The notes under the pieces: model-generated
Told to the model about the DNA's origin: nothing
Database searches by the model: none
The model's input: the letters and a program-made list of their open reading frames with translations, nothing else
Assembly (NCBI GenBank): GCA_030530825.1
Contig: JAUMUF010000001.1
Location: 322,757-386,756 of the forward strand
DNA from: a bacterium
Lineage (GTDB): Bacteria; Patescibacteriota; Saccharimonadia; Saccharimonadales; Saccharimonadaceae
Length of the DNA stretch: 64,000 bases
Reading direction: 5' to 3'
Position numbers and translations under genes: made by a program
Shown: positions 37,950 through 47,333 of the stretch, in pieces
Layout of the letters: each line of letters starts with the position of its first letter
Numbering within the stretch: the first letter of the stretch is position 1

Positions 37950-40001
37950 CTAATTCAAAACAGTCAATCTCTGATATTTTTTGAGCGAAGATTGTCTTGT
38001 GTGTAAATACTTTTCGAATTCGGTTGAATTTTCCGCCAACAAATCCACCGCTGATTGCGCGCGAGAAATTGTCTCGGTATCACCAAGGCTAGCAAACTCT
38101 AGTCGCAATTCACCACTTTGCGCTTTACCGTAAATTTCGCCCGGGCCCCTTAACGCGAGATCTTTTTCTGCCAAAGCAAAGCCATCATCAGTCTTTTCAA
38201 TCTCCAACAGACGCTCAGGTGGCTTGCTCGTCCCGCTCATCACAAGATAACAAAACGCGTCCGCTCCGCCACGCCCCACTCGACCGCGCAACTGATGAAG
38301 TTGACTCAAGCCAAATCTGTCGGCATTTTCAATCACCATCACGCTAGCGTTAGGAACATCTACACCAACCTCAATAACAGTAGTAGAAAGTAGAATATCT
38401 GATTTTTTTGCGAGAAAATCAGCCATCACTGCGTCCTTTTCTTCTGCGGGCATTTTGCCATGAAGTTGGGCGATTCTCAACCCCGAGAATTCTTTTTTCA
38501 ATCTTCGAAATTCAGTCTCAATACTTTTAATTTCATCATTCGAAGACTCCCTGATCGCCGGCACGATCACAAACGCTTGGCGACCTTTAGAGATCTCATC
38601 CTTAATTTTAGCGACCATAGGTGTGCGCGAAACGGGAGAAATTATCTCGGTCAAAATCGGCTTTCTACCCTTTGGTTTTTCGCGCAAAACAGATACAGAC
38701 AGATCGCCAAAAAGCGTCAATTGAAGCGATCGCGGAATCGGCGTAGCAGTCATCGCAAGGAGATGTGGCATTTTTTGACGAGACTTTTCAAGCAATTTCT
38801 GGCGCTGACTGACGCCAAAACGATGCTGTTCATCAATCACAACAAGACCTAATTTTTTGAACTTGACTTTTTCTTGAATTATGGCGTGCGTCCCAACCAA
38901 AATGTTGATTTTTCCCGCTTCCAAATCAGCATAAAGTTGCTTTTTTGAGACGCCTTTTATGGAAGAAGAAAGAAAAGCCACACGTAAATTTTGGCCAAGC
39001 AGATTATTGGCAAAATTCTCTGCCAACTGCGAAGCCAAGATCTCAGTAGGCGCAAGAACTGCCACTTGAAAGCCCGCACGAGCCGCATTGAGCGCCGCGA
39101 GGATCGCCACCATCGTCTTGCCCGACCCAACATCGCCTTGGAGAAGCCGGTTCATCGGCGTGCCCAATTTCATATCTTGGATAATCTCCCACGATGCCAT
39201 TCTTTGAGAATTTGTCAAATCGAATTTAAGCAAATCTGTGAACTTCTTGACCGCTTCCAAATCAAACGGAATCTGCCAACCCTCCAACTTCTCGTTGTCC
39301 ATTTTATTCAATTTCGAAGCAAAGATAATCTCAAAAATCTCCTCAAAGGACAATCTCGCAAGCGCTTTCTCAAAATGTTCGCCGCTCGGCGGAAAATGCG
39401 CCCACTCGATCGCTTCGGCACGAGAAATCAAGTTTTCGCGCGACACGATTAGCGCTGGCAGAGTTTCTGGTAAAATCTTCATCATCGGTTTGAGTTCAAG
39501 CAGTATTTTTCGAACGACCTCTGTTTTCAATCCCTTAATTTGTCGATAAATCGGAACAATCTCACCCGCCTCGCCCTCAAAATTCTGGCTCGAAGGCAAT
39601 TCTTCGCGCTTCATTACGCGCGGATTTGTGAGTTGATAACGATTATAGGAGAAAGAAAATTCGCCCGAAAAATAAAATTCATCGCCAGATTTAAGTTGCG
39701 CCACGCGATAGGCTTGGTTAAACCACACAGCCTTAATCTTGTCTTTTCCGTCCGCAAGCACCGCCTCAACAACAACCATCCCGCGCCTCACGCGACGACT
39801 CGACACCTTCTCGGCGCGCGCCCTGAACAAAACTTTACCAGGTCGAATCTCGCTAAGATTAGTTAGACTCGCAAAATCTTCATGCTTGCGTGGAAAAAAC
39901 GCCAAAATATCACCAACTGTGCGCAAATTAGCGGCCGCCAATTTTTCAAGCGTTTTGGGACCGACGCCGCGGACTTTTTCAAGAGAAGAGTCGAGATTCA
40001 T
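37950..40001 (-). CDS. recG: ATP-dependent DNA helicase RecG
   Basis: N-terminal wedge domain followed by the helicase motifs GDVGSGKT, DEQHRFG and QLRGRVGRG. Start placed at the second ATG (MNLDSS, 40001) because the first ATG lies inside the -10. Confidence 0.9.
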   Translation of the reverse strand: MNLDSSLEKVRGVGPKTLEKLAAANLRTVGDILAFFPRKHEDFASLTNLSEIRPGKVLFRARAEKVSSRRVRRGMVVVEAVLADGKDKIKAVWFNQAYRVAQLKSGDEFYFSGEFSFSYNRYQLTNPRVMKREELPSSQNFEGEAGEIVPIYRQIKGLKTEVVRKILLELKPMMKILPETLPALIVSRENLISRAEAIEWAHFPPSGEHFEKALARLSFEEIFEIIFASKLNKMDNEKLEGWQIPFDLEAVKKFTDLLKFDLTNSQRMASWEIIQDMKLGTPMNRLLQGDVGSGKTMVAILAALNAARAGFQVAVLAPTEILASQLAENFANNLLGQNLRVAFLSSSIKGVSKKQLYADLEAGKINILVGTHAIIQEKVKFKKLGLVVIDEQHRFGVSQRQKLLEKSRQKMPHLLAMTATPIPRSLQLTLFGDLSVSVLREKPKGRKPILTEIISPVSRTPMVAKIKDEISKGRQAFVIVPAIRESSNDEIKSIETEFRRLKKEFSGLRIAQLHGKMPAEEKDAVMADFLAKKSDILLSTTVIEVGVDVPNASVMVIENADRFGLSQLHQLRGRVGRGGADAFCYLVMSGTSKPPERLLEIEKTDDGFALAEKDLALRGPGEIYGKAQSGELRLEFASLGDTETISRAQSAVDLLAENSTEFEKYLHTRQSSLKKYQRLTVLN

Positions 40002-40009
40002 ATGTTTAT

Positions 40010-40038
40010 ATTTTAACAAAGACTGGCTGGATTGTAAA
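40010..40038 (-). promoter_or_regulatory. recG promoter (TTTACA-17 nt-TAAAAT). The predicted TSS coincides with the ATG at 40001, so the transcript is leaderless.
   Basis: Read from the sequence. Confidence 0.45.
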
Positions 40039-40113
40039 ATATTTTCGAAAAGTCCTCGGCAGAGCCTTGCGGAAAATTCGAAAATATTCCATCAATCCGC
40101 CAGTCGGTCAAAT

Positions 40114-40142
40114 TTGACTTTCAATAAATTTTGCGATATAAT
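40114..40142 (+). promoter_or_regulatory. ogt promoter (TTGACT-17 nt-TATAAT) with a GTCAAATTTGAC palindrome overlapping the -35
   Basis: A perfect 12-bp palindrome at about 40107-40118. ATG 10 nt after the -10. Confidence 0.5.
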
Positions 40143-40152
40143 TTTATTCGAA

Positions 40153-40656
40153 ATGTATAGTCTAAAATCAACAAAAATCCAAACTCCTCTCGGTGAAATG
40201 CTCGCGGTTTCGCATGATGAAGCGCTGGTTTTGCTGGAATTTACAGATAACGAAAACATAGAAAAGGATATTTCGCAAGTGGAAGAATTCTTCCAAACAA
40301 AAATCGAAGAAGGCGAGAATCTGATTTTGAAACAAATTTCTGCAGAAATCGAGGATTATTTTAAGCATCCGACAACCAATTTTACTACGCCAGTTGAGAT
40401 GATTGGAACCGACTTTCAAAAGTCAGTTTGGGCGGAACTAAGGAATATTCAATCTGGAAATATAACTTCATACTCAGAGTTGGCGGAAAAACTAGACAAT
40501 CCCAATGCCGCACGCGCTGTCGGCAACGCCATCAACGCCAACAAACTCTCAATCATCGTGCCGTGCCATCGTGTTTTGACTAAAGATATGGAGATCGGTG
40601 GCTATAACAGTGGTGAAAATCGCAAAAACTGGCTTCTCCAGCACGAAATTTTCTAA
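40153..40656 (+). CDS. ogt: methylated-DNA--protein-cysteine methyltransferase
   Basis: IVPCHRVL active site. 167 aa, starting at MYSLKST. The longer track ORF (from 39739) is antisense to recG. Confidence 0.8.
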   Translation: MYSLKSTKIQTPLGEMLAVSHDEALVLLEFTDNENIEKDISQVEEFFQTKIEEGENLILKQISAEIEDYFKHPTTNFTTPVEMIGTDFQKSVWAELRNIQSGNITSYSELAEKLDNPNAARAVGNAINANKLSIIVPCHRVLTKDMEIGGYNSGENRKNWLLQHEIF

Positions 40657-40679
40657 ACTCAAATCTTTTTCAAAAAAAT

Positions 40680-40712
40680 ACCGCCCGAAGCATTTCGAGC
40701 GGTTTTTATTAG
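40680..40712. terminator. bidirectional terminator between ogt and the galU-like gene (CCGCCCGAAG-cat-TTCGAGCGG)
   Basis: Inverted repeat with U runs on both strands. Same stem family as 5516-5545. Confidence 0.45.
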
Positions 40713-41626
40713 GCGACTTCTGCCCACAACTTTGCGTAATCAGCGTGATTGCCTGTGTCGTGGTAGTTTCCATCAATCTTAACGGCGAAAAACGGCCAAC
40801 CGTGATCAATTGCTTGCTGGATCATCGGCTGAATCATATTTTCTTCCGCGCTATTGAATCGGCTCGTCTCCTCTTCGACAATCTGCCACATAATCGGGTC
40901 AAAGATAAAGCCAGAAACACTCGCCAAATCACTAGGCGCGGCGGCCTTGCCCGGCTTTTCGATTATGGTTGAAACTTCAACCAATTTTCCACCTGTGCCC
41001 TCAACAGCACGGCCATCAACGATTCCGTATTGATCATACTCTTTATCCATAATAACTCGCTTAGTCGCAAAAATCGATCCGCCAGTTTTTTCGTGAGCCT
41101 CGATCATTTGTTCGATATCATTTTTGCCATCAGTCAAGAACAAATCATCTGGAAACATATATAAGATCCAACGAGCGGTGCCGATTTTTTTCGCCGCAGA
41201 ATCAAGCGGTGTGGCATTACCGTAAGGGCCAGATTGTAAAATAAATTGCTCATCTGGGATAAACGGAATTTCTTCAACACTTTGGGCGAATTTTTCTTTG
41301 CCTTTATCGCGAAGCTCCGCTTCCAACCTTCGAGTATCTTTTTGGAAATAATTCTTAATATCATCCTTTTCATCAGATATCACCAAAAATATATTCTCTA
41401 AAATGATCCCCGCTTTGAGCGCTTTATCGATCAAATCGTGAACAGCCGCTTTAGTAAAACCATTGGATGGTACAGGAATTAACTCCTTAGCGATCCGTGA
41501 ACTCCAAGAACTCTGGCGTGTGCCATTACCCGCACACGGAATTACCATAACAATTTCAGACCGCAAGCCAACTGACGCAGGGCGTTTGACAGAAAAATCA
41601 AACCTCGTCGCAGTACTAATTGACAT
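40709..41626 (-). CDS. galU: UTP--glucose-1-phosphate uridylyltransferase-like sugar nucleotidyltransferase
   Basis: VIPCAGNGTR matches the GalU IPAAGLGTR motif, and the central KAGI...VI region is GalU-like. Start at the MSISTATRF ATG (41626) with an AGGAGG SD. Confidence 0.55.
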   Translation of the reverse strand: MSISTATRFDFSVKRPASVGLRSEIVMVIPCAGNGTRQSSWSSRIAKELIPVPSNGFTKAAVHDLIDKALKAGIILENIFLVISDEKDDIKNYFQKDTRRLEAELRDKGKEKFAQSVEEIPFIPDEQFILQSGPYGNATPLDSAAKKIGTARWILYMFPDDLFLTDGKNDIEQMIEAHEKTGGSIFATKRVIMDKEYDQYGIVDGRAVEGTGGKLVEVSTIIEKPGKAAAPSDLASVSGFIFDPIMWQIVEEETSRFNSAEENMIQPMIQQAIDHGWPFFAVKIDGNYHDTGNHADYAKLWAEVA

Positions 41627-41736
41627 ATAATCGTCCTCCTTTTTTATAAAGTGCCAAGGCAGAGATCCACCCAAGGCCTAACAACTATATTATAACATAA
41701 AAATCGCCCTTTTGAAAGAGCGATTTTAATTAAGTA

Positions 41737-42954
41737 TTATTGATTTTCTCCGCCGAATTTTTCTCGATCTGGCTCATCGCCATCAAGTTCTGCAACGACT
41801 TCTGTTTCAGAGGCTTCGTTTAGCGCGTCAAAGAGACCGTCCTCGATATTGCCCCGAGGCTTTTTCTCTTCAACTTTAGCAGTTTCAACATCAAGTTCAA
41901 AGCCAGTCAAGCGAGAGGCGAGTCGCACATTCTGACCGCCACGACCAATTGCAATACTTTGCTGATCTTCTGTAACAAAAATCTTGGCGCGGTTTTTACC
42001 CTCAACAATCTCGACTGAAACAACTTCCGCTGGGCTAATTGCTTCTCGGATAAATTCGCTATTATTCTCGCTCCAAACAACGATGTCGATCTTCTCGCGC
42101 TCGCCGATTTCGTTCATCACGGAATTAACGCGCATACCGCGACCACCAACAAAGGTTCCGACAGGATCAACGCCATTCATCAGTGATCGAACAGCCATCT
42201 TGGTGCGACGACCAGCCTCACGAGCAATCGCCACGATTTCAACCATGCCGGTTTCGAGTTCTGGAACTTCTTGTTCGAATAGAACTTTAACAAAGTTAGC
42301 ATCTGCTCTAGAAACGATCAATTCTGGCGCACGACCTTCGCGCTCGATATCCTTAATCAATACCTTAACACGCTGACCAACAGAGAAGTATTCACCCATA
42401 ATCTGCTCGCGTGGAGGCATTACACCAGTTGCTTTACCGAGGTCAATCTTGACAATTGTAGATTCAGGGCGATTGCCACGCGCTGGTAGGCGATCAACCT
42501 TAGAAACAGTTCCGCTGACGATTGTGCCAATTTTGTCTTCAAATTCTTCCAACACGATCTCGCGCTCAGCCTCACGAAGGCGTTGAAGAACAACCTGCTT
42601 GGCAGTTTGCGCAGCCACGCGACCAAAAGTCTCCACCTTGAATGGGCCTTCTTCAATAAATTCACCAATTTCGATGTCGGCTTGCTTGACGCGGGCATCT
42701 TCGAGGGCGATTTCGCTCACTGGGTTGTAGGCTTCTTCGCCGTCGACAACTTCATACTGGACGAAAACTTCCGCTTCACCAGTGTTAATATCAAGCACAC
42801 CGCGCACATTTTGACCGCGCTCACCGTGCTCGCGTCGCCAAGCAGCAGCAATCGCCATCTCAATAACTTGAAGAACTTTCTCTTCTGGGAGGTTTTTTTC
42901 TTCAGCGATAGTTCGCGCTGCGAGAAGCATATGTTTGATATTTAGATCTTCCAT
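41737..42954 (-). CDS. nusA: transcription termination/antitermination factor NusA
   Basis: N-terminal domain, S1 domain and two KH domains (GRGGQNVRLASRLTGFELDV). Confidence 0.9.
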   Translation of the reverse strand: MEDLNIKHMLLAARTIAEEKNLPEEKVLQVIEMAIAAAWRREHGERGQNVRGVLDINTGEAEVFVQYEVVDGEEAYNPVSEIALEDARVKQADIEIGEFIEEGPFKVETFGRVAAQTAKQVVLQRLREAEREIVLEEFEDKIGTIVSGTVSKVDRLPARGNRPESTIVKIDLGKATGVMPPREQIMGEYFSVGQRVKVLIKDIEREGRAPELIVSRADANFVKVLFEQEVPELETGMVEIVAIAREAGRRTKMAVRSLMNGVDPVGTFVGGRGMRVNSVMNEIGEREKIDIVVWSENNSEFIREAISPAEVVSVEIVEGKNRAKIFVTEDQQSIAIGRGGQNVRLASRLTGFELDVETAKVEEKKPRGNIEDGLFDALNEASETEVVAELDGDEPDREKFGGENQ

Positions 42955-43010
42955 AAATTCCTTTCTCTTCTTTACTAAAAATGCCGACCCGCTGGCCGAC
43001 TTATGTTTTT

Positions 43011-43039
43011 ATTTTAGCACGAATTTTTTACAAAATCAA
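43011..43039 (-). promoter_or_regulatory. nusA promoter (TTGATT-17 nt-TAAAAT)
   Basis: Read from the sequence. A ~50-nt leader with an AGAGAAAGGAA SD follows. Confidence 0.45.
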
Positions 43040-43091
43040 GCGTTTTTGCGTAAATAAAAGAAGCCGCCCGAAGGAGACTTCTTCTAAATGC

Positions 43092-45173
43092 TTAAACCTT
43101 ATTCACCACCGGAATCACAATCGGCGTATGCCCTGTGCTATCAAAGAGTAAGTGCGAAACATCGTCCTTGATTTCCTGCTTGAGATCAGCGATTTCAATC
43201 TTACGGTCGGTTTCTTTCTCAGTTTTAACGCGCAAGTAGTGGCGGATCTTGCCGATCAATTCCTCGCTATCTTTGAGATAAACAAAACCGCGCGAGATCA
43301 CATCTGGAGTCTTGAGCAATCTACCTGTCTTCTTACTTATAGTGAGAACAATGATAAAGATTCCCTCTGTTGAGATATGGAGACGATCCTTAACGACTGC
43401 GTCATGAACGGTATTGCCCGTATTATCGTAAAGGATTGAGCCAATTTGAACGCGACCACCTTTGCGGATAGAGCGATCCTTAGTTAACTCAACAATATCG
43501 CCAGAGTCCGCTACCAAGATATTCTTGCGAGGTAGGCCGAGGACCTTTTGCGCCATTTCTGCGTTGTGTTGGAGCATATAGAATTCTCCGTGAACTGGTA
43601 AGTAATTATTTGGTCGAAGCGTTTCGACAAGTTTAACATGATCGTCGTAGTACGCATGACCAGATAGGTGAAGTGGTCCAATACCGTGATAATGTCCGCG
43701 TCCGTGCTGAATCACGCCAGAGCCTTCTCGAATCAAGCCGTCAACGGTCGAAGCCACTCGAGGCTCGTTTCCAGGGATTGGACTCGAAGAAAATACTACA
43801 ACATCAGTCGCTTTAATCTTAATGAAGCGGTGTGCGCCCGTAGCCATTCTGTTAAGAACAGCGTTAAGTTCTCCTTGCGAGCCGGTACAAACTACCGTCA
43901 CCTTTTCATCATCCAATTTGACGATATCTTCCATTTTCATAATGACATCTTTTGGAACTTTAATTTTGCGCGCACGAAGAGCAACTTCGATCGCATTAAT
44001 CATTGAAAATCCAGCAAAGGCAACCTTTCGATTATGCTTGGCGGCTTCTTCGAGAATCAATTGAAGGCGATAAATCTGGCTCGAAAAGCACGAGAAAATC
44101 AGGCGCGAGTGCGGATAAGCGTCCATAACTTCGCCAACAGATTCACCAATAGCATACTCACTGTGTGGGTGCGTACCAGGGGTGTCGATGTTGGTGGATT
44201 CATTCATCAAAAGATCGATGCCTTCTTTTTGCGCAACTTCGGCGAGGCGAGGCATATCAAACTGTGTGTCGACTGGATCATTTTCGAAGCGCCAGTCGCC
44301 CATATGAACAATATTTCCGTTTGGTGTTCGAATAATCATCGCCACGCAACCAGGAATCGAGTGAAGAACATGGACAAATTCCATTGTTAGATGCTCTGAA
44401 ATTTTAATTTCTTCGTGCTTAAATGGATCAACAACTTGATAATTCGGGCTGACTTCCGCGACAGCCTCTTCCATCTGGCGCTTAATCATACCGATCGTGA
44501 AATCAGTCGCATAAATCGGAATATTATTGCCAAATTCTGGCAGAAGTTGCCGCACCGCACCGATGTGGTCAAGGTGGGCGTGGGTAAACGCAACAGCCTT
44601 AACTTTGTGCATATTATCTTTGAGATACGTGATGTCGGGCGTCATGAAATTCACACCAGGATAGTCTTCATTAGGGAAAATTGAGCCCATATCGATAACG
44701 AGGATTTCATCCTTATACTCAATGGCAAACATATTTTTACCGATGCCAAATTCGCCAAGACCGCCAAGCGGAATCACCTTAACGCTGTCTTCGGCCGGCT
44801 TCAATTTTTTAAGAATCGAAGGCGTCAATTGCTCACCGTTAAATCCGTTGAAAAGCGATTTATTGACAGGTATATTCACGATGTGCTGAGTCGCGCGAAG
44901 ATTGATATCGTTGCTAACCATCCGTTGCGCACGCACAACCGCGCCACGACGAGTGGTTGTTGGCAAATTAACTTTTTGCGCGTCAGATTTCTTGGAATTT
45001 TGCTTGGAAGCCTTTTCTTTCATCTTGGAAATTTTAGCCTCTTTTTTAGCCTTCTCCGCCTTTCGAGCGTCAGCGTTTGGGACATATTTTTCGCGATTTT
45101 TCATTAAATCTTGCGCCTTTTTTTGTAAATTTTGCCGAGAGCGCGCGGCTTTTTCATTAAAATTATTATTCAT
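43092..45173 (-). CDS. rnj: ribonuclease J (metallo-beta-lactamase/beta-CASP) with a ~130-aa Lys-rich N-terminal extension
   Basis: HTHAHLDHIGA zinc motif and beta-CASP region. The N-terminus is rich in K/E/A. Confidence 0.85.
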   Translation of the reverse strand: MNNNFNEKAARSRQNLQKKAQDLMKNREKYVPNADARKAEKAKKEAKISKMKEKASKQNSKKSDAQKVNLPTTTRRGAVVRAQRMVSNDINLRATQHIVNIPVNKSLFNGFNGEQLTPSILKKLKPAEDSVKVIPLGGLGEFGIGKNMFAIEYKDEILVIDMGSIFPNEDYPGVNFMTPDITYLKDNMHKVKAVAFTHAHLDHIGAVRQLLPEFGNNIPIYATDFTIGMIKRQMEEAVAEVSPNYQVVDPFKHEEIKISEHLTMEFVHVLHSIPGCVAMIIRTPNGNIVHMGDWRFENDPVDTQFDMPRLAEVAQKEGIDLLMNESTNIDTPGTHPHSEYAIGESVGEVMDAYPHSRLIFSCFSSQIYRLQLILEEAAKHNRKVAFAGFSMINAIEVALRARKIKVPKDVIMKMEDIVKLDDEKVTVVCTGSQGELNAVLNRMATGAHRFIKIKATDVVVFSSSPIPGNEPRVASTVDGLIREGSGVIQHGRGHYHGIGPLHLSGHAYYDDHVKLVETLRPNNYLPVHGEFYMLQHNAEMAQKVLGLPRKNILVADSGDIVELTKDRSIRKGGRVQIGSILYDNTGNTVHDAVVKDRLHISTEGIFIIVLTISKKTGRLLKTPDVISRGFVYLKDSEELIGKIRHYLRVKTEKETDRKIEIADLKQEIKDDVSHLLFDSTGHTPIVIPVVNKV

Positions 45174-45210
45174 AATCTCCTTGTGAAATGCTCTTTCGAA
45201 AAAACTTCGG

Positions 45211-46098
45211 TCAATAAAACAGACTTTCGAATTCAGAACAAGAGTTGATATTTAATGTTTCTATTATATCGAACTTAAGATTTTTTGTCAATAAAAAAGC
45301 CCTCTTTCGAAAATATGGCATATCGAGATTGAAGCCTACTACACGAAACATCCGAACAGCCTTGATGCGACAACCGAATTTAAGACTCTCAAAATCAACC
45401 ACACTGGACACATCCTGATCAATCTGAAATTCCAGAGCAAACATCTTATCGATGCGAGCAAAAATTTCTTCAAAAGAAAACTTAGCCCTAAAAAATATCG
45501 ACGCAATAAACATCAATAAGGTCCAGGCAGTAAATCCCCATGTCGCATAATTAACAATGACAATCACCGGAAAAGCTATCTTGATAAGCATCTCGAAGAA
45601 ATTTGAAAGCTTAATCGCAGAATAATAATTTTCTCTATAGTAAAAATTCATTACGCCGTTGATCGAATTATCGTAGAAGTCAACTTCGAAATCCTGATTT
45701 TCGCCATAAGCAATAATTTCAACATTACAAATTCCAAAGTCATCATCCTTTCCAACAAGACGAGCGGGATAATTATCGATCCAACAAATCGGAACATCTT
45801 GATTAGTACTCAGCATAATCTTCGCGGTATTGCTCTCTTCGTCAAAACTTTCTACGTGATATTCAGCATCCTGAGAACTTGGGAAGCATTTTTTCCAAAA
45901 ATATCCCGTGAAGATTTTAACTCCAAAAAATGTCAAAATAACTCCCCAAAGCGTCATTTTTAAGCCAAAAGCAAGATACAGACCAGCATTAATGATCGCC
46001 GGCAGAAAAACATCAATTATATGAAAAATAATTCTCCATAAATTTCTACGACGATTAATCCATCGATCAGCCAGCTCGAAAGTCGCAAAAACTTTCAT
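45211..46098 (-). CDS. hypothetical polytopic membrane protein (295 aa)
   Basis: Hydrophobic segments, and CxxxC-like ICWIDN and FGICN motifs. No family recognised. Confidence 0.4.
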   Translation of the reverse strand: MKVFATFELADRWINRRRNLWRIIFHIIDVFLPAIINAGLYLAFGLKMTLWGVILTFFGVKIFTGYFWKKCFPSSQDAEYHVESFDEESNTAKIMLSTNQDVPICWIDNYPARLVGKDDDFGICNVEIIAYGENQDFEVDFYDNSINGVMNFYYRENYYSAIKLSNFFEMLIKIAFPVIVIVNYATWGFTAWTLLMFIASIFFRAKFSFEEIFARIDKMFALEFQIDQDVSSVVDFESLKFGCRIKAVRMFRVVGFNLDMPYFRKRAFLLTKNLKFDIIETLNINSCSEFESLFY

Positions 46099-46159
46099 AA
46101 AATCACCTCTTTCTAAATGTACTGTCAGAATTATAACATATTTTAAGATATGTGTAAAG

Positions 46160-46188
46160 TTGAAAGCTTAGATTTTTTCTGATAAAAT
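46160..46188 (+). promoter_or_regulatory. consensus promoter (TTGAAA-17 nt-TGaTAAAAT) 6 nt upstream of the COG0523 ATG, implying a leaderless transcript
   Basis: Read from the sequence. Confidence 0.5.
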
Positions 46189-46194
46189 ACTATT

Positions 46195-47304
46195 ATGAAT
46201 CCAGACTTCGAAATTCCAGAAATCAACGGCGATATCTTTGATGATTTCACCAAGAATCTCGCTACTCGCGACAATTCTTCGAGCGAGAAAAAAATCCCAG
46301 TCATTATGCTTTCTGGTTTTCTGGGCGCTGGCAAAACCACTTTCTTAAACAATATCTTGCGAGAAAATCAAGATCTAAAAATTGGTGTAATTGTCAACGA
46401 TTTTGGGCAAATCAACATCGACAATCGACTAGTTTCCGGTGCGTTTAATGAGACGCAAATCGAACTCACCAACGGTTGTGTCTGCTGTATGATTGGCGAC
46501 AATGGATTGGCGGAACCGCTCAATATTTTAGCCAATGAAACCTCAGAACTGGACGCGATCGTTATCGAGGCAAGTGGTATCGCCGAGCCGTATGATCTGA
46601 TGAACACACTGAGATATTCTGGCAATAATTTTACTTTTTTTGGCGGTAATATTTACCTGATCGACGCCGTTAATTTTGACTTGGCGAGACAAGACTTTCC
46701 ATCTCATTTCAAAAAATGCCTCCAAACTGCGGATATTCTTGTCATCAATAAAATAGGATTGACAAATCCAGAAAAGGTGTCGGAAATTCATCAATTTGCG
46801 AGAGAATTAAATAATCGCGCACCGATCTTCGAGACATCAGAGGCGCGGATCGATTGGCGGATTATTTTTGCGCCATTTCATAAAAATCTTCACACCGATC
46901 ATCGTCACCATTGCGATGAAAGTTGTACCCATCATCACCATATTCACCACGATTTTTCTTCGATCTCTTTTGAAAATGCCGCACCGCTCGATCCGCAAAA
47001 ATTCATCCAATTTTTAGATAATTTACCGCAAAATCTGTTCAGAATGAAAGGCTTTTTGTATTTTGGCATGAAGGGTTACGAGCAAAAATATACACTTCAA
47101 ATTGTGGGTAAAACTATAAATATCGGCGCGGAAGAATGGGGTGAAGAAACGCCAAAAACTGAGCTCGTCCTAATTGGTGCCGGGATGCGAGAAGAGGAAG
47201 TTCAAAACACTATCCAAAACCTAATCGACACTACACCAGAAGATATCAGCCCCGAGAATATGATGAATTTCGAGAGGTTTTTCCAAAAAAAATCGAACCA
47301 ATAA
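46195..47304 (+). CDS. COG0523/CobW-family G3E GTPase (putative zinc metallochaperone)
   Basis: GFLGAGKTT P-loop, GCVCCM CxCC motif and the His-rich HHCDESCTHHHHIHHD stretch. Confidence 0.75.
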   Translation: MNPDFEIPEINGDIFDDFTKNLATRDNSSSEKKIPVIMLSGFLGAGKTTFLNNILRENQDLKIGVIVNDFGQINIDNRLVSGAFNETQIELTNGCVCCMIGDNGLAEPLNILANETSELDAIVIEASGIAEPYDLMNTLRYSGNNFTFFGGNIYLIDAVNFDLARQDFPSHFKKCLQTADILVINKIGLTNPEKVSEIHQFARELNNRAPIFETSEARIDWRIIFAPFHKNLHTDHRHHCDESCTHHHHIHHDFSSISFENAAPLDPQKFIQFLDNLPQNLFRMKGFLYFGMKGYEQKYTLQIVGKTINIGAEEWGEETPKTELVLIGAGMREEEVQNTIQNLIDTTPEDISPENMMNFERFFQKKSNQ

Positions 47305-47325
47305 TAGGTTCGATTTTTTGTTTTT
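47283..47325. terminator. bidirectional terminator (AATCGAACC-aataata-GGTTCGATT + T run) shared by the COG0523 gene and pepN
   Basis: 9-bp perfect stem. The COG0523 stop codon lies in the loop. Confidence 0.55.
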
Positions 47326-47333
47326 GTAAGGCC

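Noticed and set aside
39739-40152. N-terminal 138 codons of the ORF-track ORF 39739..40656
   Set aside because: This part is antisense to recG and lies upstream of the ogt promoter. The real ogt CDS starts at the MYSLKST ATG (40153), which has a consensus promoter.
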